Shown here piece by piece: positions 59,574 through 64,000 of a stretch of DNA of 64,000 nt. Every line of letters starts with the position of its first letter. Positions within the stretch are counted from its first letter, which is position 1. The notes below the pieces were generated by a model, which saw only the letters and a program-made list of their open reading frames with translations, searched no databases and was not told the origin of the DNA. The stretch is from a virus (Duplodnaviria > Heunggongvirae > Uroviricota > Caudoviricetes): IMG/VR virus record IMGVR_UViG_3300043451_000039, positions 64,001 through 128,000 of that record; one strand, written 5' to 3'. The translations under genes and the position numbers were made by a program.

Positions 59574-59686
59574 TATCTACCTTGACCACGATATGGTTTG
59601 CGAGTTTTACGACTCTTGTTTAATGTGCTTGTCTTGCTGCCATTCTGACAGGTTTTCTTAACTAATCTTGTATGCTTTGATGCCAC
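59573..59686 (-). CDS. 37-aa basic peptide ending KPYRGQGR
   Basis: Not in ORF track; AAGGAG SD, GTG start, TAATG overlap with next gene; MASKHTRLVKKTCQNGSKTSTLNKSRKTRKPYRGQGR*. Confidence 0.75.
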   Translation of the reverse strand: MASKHTRLVKKTCQNGSKTSTLNKSRKTRKPYRGQGR

Positions 59687-59695
59687 GATATCTCC

Positions 59696-60316
59696 TTAAA
59701 TTGGTATCCAATGGTTCAGATTTTTGTAGTTACCTGACTCCATTAATTTTACTGCTGGAACAATGTCAAAAGCAATAGTAATCCTTGGTCTAGTTTCATC
59801 ATGCCATTCTGATGACCTATGTAAGTCTTCACCACTCTTACTCAACACCAATAAATTATTCTCACTCTTAACTTCTAATTGTAAATCATTCACCTTGTAT
59901 GTAGTAGATGAATCTGGTTCTACATCTAAACAATAAAATCCATGCCATGATTCAAAATCTTTGTCACCATGAGTATGCCAATCAATGAATTGACCTTTCT
60001 GATAGAAGTTTAACCAGCACTGAATATAGTAATCATCATAAGGTTCTTTACCATACTTGTTTAAGTTGCATGAATGGAAAGTCTCTTTGATCACATTATA
60101 CAGTTTGTGTAATCCAGGCGCTGGATACAGTAGAAGGTTATACTTGTTGTATAAAAACTCAGTGACAGTGTATTGACCATCAAAATCAGATTTATCTTCT
60201 TGGAAATTATCCTTGATAAATTGATACATAAAATGCGATGTGGACCTTAACTCTTCCAAGTCAAGATCCACTTTTCGGGTATAGATAAAATTCGAATACA
60301 GATTAATATTGTTCAT
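59696..60316 (-). CDS. 2OG-Fe(II) oxygenase-like
   Basis: WHTH...WHGFYC...DLHRS...RITIAFD; late-type CTAAATA at 60322-60328. Confidence 0.75.
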   Translation of the reverse strand: MNNINLYSNFIYTRKVDLDLEELRSTSHFMYQFIKDNFQEDKSDFDGQYTVTEFLYNKYNLLLYPAPGLHKLYNVIKETFHSCNLNKYGKEPYDDYYIQCWLNFYQKGQFIDWHTHGDKDFESWHGFYCLDVEPDSSTTYKVNDLQLEVKSENNLLVLSKSGEDLHRSSEWHDETRPRITIAFDIVPAVKLMESGNYKNLNHWIPI

Positions 60317-60343
60317 TAATGTATTTAGTCATATCAAAGGTGA

Positions 60344-60591
60344 GGAACACTGTTCAATTCAAGCGAATAGTCGCACAGCAAAATTCAATGTGCAACATTC
60401 AACAAACAGCCCACAAGAGTAAACCCACGTAGCAACAAGCAGCGACTATAACAGTCAAGTATGTGCGTGGAGCAGACTACTATAAGTTTGAGCGTAAAGT
60501 GCAGATTTGGTTTTCAAGACCAAGTCTAATATCGTTGGAGGATATTAGGTTTTGCGAACTAATCCGTCTCTCTTATCGCAATGTCCCTCAA
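60344..60591 (-). ncRNA. Putative structured ncRNA / 3' cis-element of the 191-aa gene
   Basis: Nested inverted repeats (GAGGGACA/TGTTCCTC, ACTGTT/AACAGT, ATAGTCGC/GCGACTAT), hairpin AGACTTGGT-CTTGAAA-ACCAAATCT, 7-nt periodic YTG tract. Confidence 0.6.
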
Positions 60592-60595
60592 AAAC

Positions 60596-61171
60596 TTACA
60601 GAATACCTTCTTCTTGTAACAGAGCCTCATCAGCACCAGTAATGGTGATCAGAGTGTTAACATTCAAACTCAACAGTTTGTCCTGAAGAGCCTGACGTGC
60701 ACGCTTCAACTCTTTTACTCGAGCCTTGGCAACATCAATCTCATTTTGTGTCACAACAGAAGTTTCCACCATGTTGTAACGATCACCGTAAATACGGCTC
60801 TCAGTGTTTGGGGTTGTCTTCAGCTTCTCCACACGAGCGATAACCTCGCTCAGTGGTTTTGCCACAGACTGAACTGCGATTTGGCTATGGATAGCCATCT
60901 CTTGGTCCAACGCTTCCACATTACCCAACAGAGTGTTGATACCAACAGTTGCGTTGGCATTTGCTACGCTGTTGCGGATATTGTAAAGTGCTTTTGTCAA
61001 AGCAACCTTACGCTCATTGGCACGTTGGTATGCGATAGTCGCATCAACGATTGCGTTGCTGATATTTTCAGTGTACTCAGTAACACTGATACTTGCTTCC
61101 AACTTAACTGCAGAGATAGCCTTACGGATCTCAGCTTGGATAGCGTTTGCTTTACGTAGATTAATTTCCAT
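60596..61171 (-). CDS. 191-aa helical/coiled-coil protein of unknown function
   Basis: ATG at 61171; heptad-like helices; has its own promoter. Confidence 0.75.
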   Translation of the reverse strand: MEINLRKANAIQAEIRKAISAVKLEASISVTEYTENISNAIVDATIAYQRANERKVALTKALYNIRNSVANANATVGINTLLGNVEALDQEMAIHSQIAVQSVAKPLSEVIARVEKLKTTPNTESRIYGDRYNMVETSVVTQNEIDVAKARVKELKRARQALQDKLLSLNVNTLITITGADEALLQEEGIL

Positions 61172-61194
61172 ATTCAACCTTTCAATATATTAAT

Positions 61195-61223
61195 ATTATA
61201 ACTCAAAAAATTCTGCAAGGCAA
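61195..61223 (-). promoter_or_regulatory. Sigma70-type promoter of the 191-aa gene
   Basis: TTGCCT-N17-TATAAT. Confidence 0.78.
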
Positions 61224-61227
61224 GTTT

Positions 61228-61701
61228 TTATGCTGCCATGTAAGTTTTGTATCTATCAGCAGCATATGATGCAGCGAATGCCTTTGGCTTTACCATAGGA
61301 ATCACATTACACATACCTTTGATGTAACCAGTCGCTTCGTTGATAACACATGACGAACCATGCATTTCATTTGGGTTAATGTCCAGATGAACTTCAACCT
61401 CGCGATCTTCTAACACATCATGCAACTTTAAATACAAGTCTGCAATCTTATAAACTTCGTTCATTAGACGCATACGTGGTTTGTCTCGTTTCTGATCCCA
61501 GTCACGTTCTCGTTGCACTTCACCAAAAATTTTACAGCCATTGTTACCATTGATATGAACAACAACAACCATAATGTAATCTGCGTACCAATCTTTTCCA
61601 ATTAGGAATCGTTCAGAGTCACCACCGATATAGATCTTAGATTCAGGACTCTGTGCCATGATGAATTCTCTTACTTCATCAATATCAATTTGCTTACGCA
61701 T
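61228..61701 (-). CDS. RNase H-like YkuK (DUF458) family protein
   Basis: 'KIYIGGDS', 'RLMNEV', 'EVHLDIN', 'AASYAAD'. Confidence 0.78.
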   Translation of the reverse strand: MRKQIDIDEVREFIMAQSPESKIYIGGDSERFLIGKDWYADYIMVVVVHINGNNGCKIFGEVQRERDWDQKRDKPRMRLMNEVYKIADLYLKLHDVLEDREVEVHLDINPNEMHGSSCVINEATGYIKGMCNVIPMVKPKAFAASYAADRYKTYMAA

Positions 61702-61732
61702 ATTACACCTCGTTTCACCTCATTAAAAAATA

Positions 61733-61806
61733 TGGAGCGGGATGCGAGAATCGAACTCGCAACTACAACTTGGAAGGATGTCGTTTTACCACTAAACTAA
61801 TCCCGC
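61733..61806 (-). tRNA. tRNA-Gly(TCC)
   Basis: Cloverleaf, loop CTTCCAA, encoded CCA. Confidence 0.92.
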
Positions 61807-61875
61807 ATAAAAATGAAAGTTCCTATACCACCCATCGTCACTTACAACCATTGGACAAATACATGTCATTTGCTC

Positions 61876-61949
61876 TGGCATCCCGATAGGGACTCGAACC
61901 CCAACCAACAGTTTTGGAGACTGCTATGCTGCCATTACACCATCGAGAT
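61876..61949 (-). tRNA. tRNA-Trp(CCA)
   Basis: Loop CTCCAAA, G73, encoded CCA. Confidence 0.9.
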
Positions 61950-61957
61950 ATATTAAA

Positions 61958-62150
61958 TTTGTAAGTTGTTCCGCCACTTTATCAGAACCATTCACCCATC
62001 GGTTATGTGCACAGGGAGGTCGGTACGTTACTTGGTGTAATTGCCCAATGTTACATATTTTTACTGGTATTGCGCCATCCATCGCTTTACACTGTATAGA
62101 TCTTCGAAGAATCCTTATCAGTGTGACTTTCCATTGCTAACACTTACAAA
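61958..62150 (-). ncRNA. Stem-closed ~190-nt structured element A in tRNA array
   Basis: Terminal TTTGTAAGT/ACTTACAAA, internal ACACTG/CAGTGT stem and GNRA-like loops. Confidence 0.6.
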
Positions 62151-62153
62151 ACT

Positions 62154-62229
62154 TGGTGCCCCTTGACAGATTCGAACTGCCGACCTTCGCATTACTAATG
62201 CGCTGCTCTACCAACTGAGCCAAAGGGGC
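62154..62229 (-). tRNA. tRNA-Thr(AGT)
   Basis: GCCCCTT/AAGGGGC A CCA; loop TTAGTAA. Confidence 0.88.
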
Positions 62230-62235
62230 GAAACT

Positions 62236-62310
62236 TGGAGCAGGATATCGGGTTCGAACCGATGACATTCTCGTTGGCAACGAGACATTCTACCACTGAA
62301 TTAATCCTGC
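62236..62310 (-). tRNA. tRNA-Gly(GCC)
   Basis: Loop TTGCCAA, U73, encoded CCA. Confidence 0.92.
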
Positions 62311-62311
62311 A

Positions 62312-62563
62312 TTACTTTTTGTTTTCGTTGAACTTAGGTTCTTCGTAAACTTGTTCTTTATACATTGGATGTGTAGCCCATTCAAAGAACTTCCATCCAA
62401 AACTTTTCCAATACTTATGAATAATGTTATTGATGACAACTGCTGCCCCAACAATAACAATAAACCCGAGAGCAGTCAAAATTGAACCTGCTAAAAATAC
62501 TGCTGCTTGATCCATGTCCATAATAATTTCCTTTATTGGTGGTGATAGTTGGATTCGAGCCAA
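62312..62563 (-). CDS. Small membrane protein within tRNA array (probable start ~62525, MDMDQAA)
   Basis: One transmembrane segment; the track start lies inside a tRNA. Confidence 0.5.
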   Translation of the reverse strand: MARIQLSPPIKEIIMDMDQAAVFLAGSILTALGFIVIVGAAVVINNIIHKYWKSFGWKFFEWATHPMYKEQVYEEPKFNENKK

Positions 62564-62611
62564 CGACCTACTGCGTATGAAGCAGTTGCACTACCGCTGT
62601 GCTATATCACC
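62537..62611 (-). tRNA. tRNA-Met or Ile2 (CAT), elongator-type
   Basis: GGTGATA/TATCACC A CCA; loop TTCATAC; T-loop CTCGAAT. Confidence 0.82.
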
Positions 62612-62726
62612 ATATTGAAGCACTCTCAAATGCAGGCATAGAAGGAGATTGAACTCTGAAACTTTCGCATCTGCAGATACTAGGTTTCTTCTTCCGCTTT
62701 GGCTTATGCCAAGAATACTTCAATAT
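62612..62726 (-). ncRNA. Stem-closed ~115-nt element B in tRNA array
   Basis: 16-bp terminal stem with G.U pairs (ATATTGAAGTATTCTT/GAGAGTGCTTCAATAT), inner GGCATA/TATGCC. Confidence 0.55.
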
Positions 62727-62808
62727 GGTGCCCCAAGAGAGACTCGAACTCTCACGCACTAGGCACTGGCTTCTAAGACCAGCGTGTCTACCATTCCACC
62801 ATCGGGGC
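62726..62808 (-). tRNA. tRNA-Leu(TAG)
   Basis: Loop CTTAGAA, long variable arm, A73. Confidence 0.92.
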
Positions 62809-62812
62809 AATT

Positions 62813-62887
62813 TGGTAGCGGGAGGTGGTAACGCCCCACCCTCGATATGGCTTATGAGACCATTCGGGTCAACTTGACCTTCCCGCA
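62813..62887 (-). tRNA. Atypical tRNA (CAT), initiator-like acceptor stem, degenerate D and T loops
   Basis: U1.U72 mismatch, loop CTCATAA, D-arm GGTC-AAGTT-GACC, T-loop GGCGTTA, encoded CCA. Confidence 0.72.
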
Positions 62888-62894
62888 ACAAACT

Positions 62895-63260
62895 TTACAG
62901 TTTGGACCATTCTTGGATAATCTTTCGATCAATCTTTCTTTGGTCACCAGTACCATACTTTGTCACCATAGCAACAATGCGTGGCACTATGTACAACTGA
63001 AACATACCATCATCTTTACGCTTCTTCTCCACGTAAGTATAAGGTTTACCAGCAAGATATGCTCTTGCTAGTTCAGTCGCACGACTTTCATTTCTAACAT
63101 TCCACTTACGGTGATTGACCAATTCATTTAACTTGTAAATCAATTTTGCGTCAGTACCCTTCGTGTACTTAATTTGTTTCTTCAACTTATTCTCTTCGCA
63201 CTTAATAATAGATGGCTCGAGAGCAAGATGTTTGGCTTTAATTTTTAATTCGATATTCAT
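62895..63260 (-). CDS. Basic hypothetical protein in tRNA array
   Basis: SD AAGGAG; 'LKIKAKHLALE...HRKWNVRNESRAT.LA.AYL.GKPY..VE'. Confidence 0.65.
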   Translation of the reverse strand: MNIELKIKAKHLALEPSIIKCEENKLKKQIKYTKGTDAKLIYKLNELVNHRKWNVRNESRATELARAYLAGKPYTYVEKKRKDDGMFQLYIVPRIVAMVTKYGTGDQRKIDRKIIQEWSKL

Positions 63261-63372
63261 TTAATTCTCCTTGATTGTTTAAAATATTTTTCCATACAAA
63301 CAAGCAGAACTTACGGTGGTCGAATCTAGGCTGAGAATTTCTCCATAGCACTTTCCTTTCATAAAAATTCAT

Positions 63373-63449
63373 TGGTGCGTCAGACAGGAATCGAACCTGC
63401 TACACTCTGTTTTAGAGACAGCCACCCTTACCTTATGGGTTACTGACGC
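63373..63449 (-). tRNA. Amber suppressor tRNA (anticodon CTA)
   Basis: GCGTCAG/CTGACGC A CCA; GCTGT-CTCTAAA-ACAGA; T-arm GCAGG-TTCGATT-CCTGT. Confidence 0.82.
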
Positions 63450-63461
63450 ACTTATTATATA

Positions 63462-63536
63462 TGGCTCCAGAGGCAGGGATCGAACCTACGACCAATTGAT
63501 TAACAGTCAACTGCACTACCGCTGTGCTACTCTGGA
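63462..63536 (-). tRNA. tRNA-Asn(GTT)
   Basis: TCCAGAG/CTCTGGA G CCA; loop CTGTTAA. Confidence 0.92.
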
Positions 63537-63546
63537 ATAACTAAAA

Positions 63547-63623
63547 TTGTGGCAGGTGCGGTATCTGGCTTACGCTTTAGATCGCTCCGCTTGCCCATGC
63601 TCCTTTTACTTTCCTTACCACAA
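63547..63623 (-). ncRNA. Stem-closed ~77-nt element C in tRNA array
   Basis: TTGTGG/CCACAA terminal stem, inner GCGG/CCGC and ATCT/AGAT. Confidence 0.45.
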
Positions 63624-63627
63624 AACT

Positions 63628-63702
63628 TGGCGACCTTGCGGGGAATCGAACCCCGATATCTCACTAGACAGGCGAGTATAATAACCACTATATGACAAGG
63701 CC
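63628..63702 (-). tRNA. tRNA-Asp(GTC)
   Basis: Loop CTGTCTA, G73, encoded CCA. Confidence 0.9.
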
Positions 63703-63707
63703 AAAAT

Positions 63708-63792
63708 TGGTGGAGAAGGTGTGAGTCGAACACACAGTGCCAGAGGCGGCGGATTTACAGTCCACTGGGGTTACCAATTTTCCTACTTCTCC
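63708..63792 (-). tRNA. tRNA-Tyr(GTA)
   Basis: Loop CTGTAAA, long variable arm, A73. Confidence 0.92.
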
Positions 63793-63796
63793 ATGA

Positions 63797-63988
63797 TATT
63801 AGTTTTGTTGTCGTGTTATGAGTAGCCTTCACCGTACTACTGTTTGTTTTTAACGACTCAGCTTATCTCCCAAGCGTCCGAGGGATATTCACTTTCATCA
63901 ACCGATACGTAGTCTAGTGCACCTAACCACGAAGAGCGGATTCACTGTCCAGCGATCACTGGAATTTTCCACAACAACAAAACTAATA
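63797..63988 (-). ncRNA. Stem-closed ~190-nt structured element D in tRNA array
   Basis: Perfect 15-bp inverted repeat TATTAGTTTTGTTGT/ACAACAAAACTAATA enclosing several hairpins. Confidence 0.65.
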
Positions 63989-64000
63989 CCACATTTAATT

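Noticed and set aside
60361-60450. Periodic tract as a CRISPR array or simple tandem repeat
   Set aside because: Only 2-3 nt per 7-nt unit are conserved; there are no 20-40-nt repeats or spacers and no cas genes. No CRISPR array was seen anywhere in the window
61958-62150. Element A as RNase P RNA (GGAAAGTC resembles the P4 5' strand)
   Set aside because: No matching 3' P4 strand found and it is too short; only a covariance search could revive this
62612-62726. Element B as an additional tRNA
   Set aside because: Has a T-loop-like GTTCAAT but no 7-nt anticodon loop and no CCA end; treated as a structured spacer
63373-63449. CUA tRNA as tRNA-Pyl
   Set aside because: It has a normal D-loop, 5-bp anticodon stem, canonical T-loop and A73; no pyl genes are seen
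63527-63733. ORF MFDSHLLHQ...
   Set aside because: Overlaps tRNA-Tyr, tRNA-Asp and element C on the same strand
1-64000. Genome-wide TAG reassignment
   Set aside because: Long conserved genes are intact under the standard code, and TAG appears to serve as a real stop at 31331 and 30690

Overview
This window is 64 kb of a T4-like myovirus genome (Straboviridae/Kyanoviridae-like gene set). The host is probably a freshwater proteobacterium, inferred from the tmRNA tag and tRNA style. 1-27.3 kb is the virion morphogenesis block: tail fibre, a 2138-aa DUF4815-like protein, gp8, gp7, gp6, gp25, PAAR, gp5, hub, gp53 and gp48 on the minus strand, then an oppositely oriented gp4-gp2-gp54-holin-gp16-gp26-gp51-gp29 block. 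27.3-30 kb holds gp32, gp59 and gp33. 30-60 kb is an accessory region with ClpP, SleB, GroES, a beta-barrel protein, a circularly permuted tmRNA, a GH19 lysin, PhoH, DenV-like glycosylase, an Acb1-like phosphodiesterase, 12 2OG-Fe(II) oxygenase-like genes and a carbamoyltransferase. 61.7-64 kb is an 11-tRNA array. The most interesting signals are largely non-coding and absent from the ORF track: (i) a promoter-gene-ncRNA cassette in which a 191-aa helical protein is followed by a ~250-nt nested-stem RNA with a 7-nt periodic YUG tract; (ii) a two-piece tmRNA; (iii) a likely -1 frameshift fusing gp26 to gp51; (iv) four stem-closed RNA elements between the tRNAs; (v) amber-suppressor (CUA), Thr(AGU) and degenerate CAU tRNAs; (vi) a late-promoter-led oxygenase/carbamoyltransferase operon containing a tiny basic peptide gene. 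All family assignments come from motif recognition by eye; no database searches or folding programs were run.
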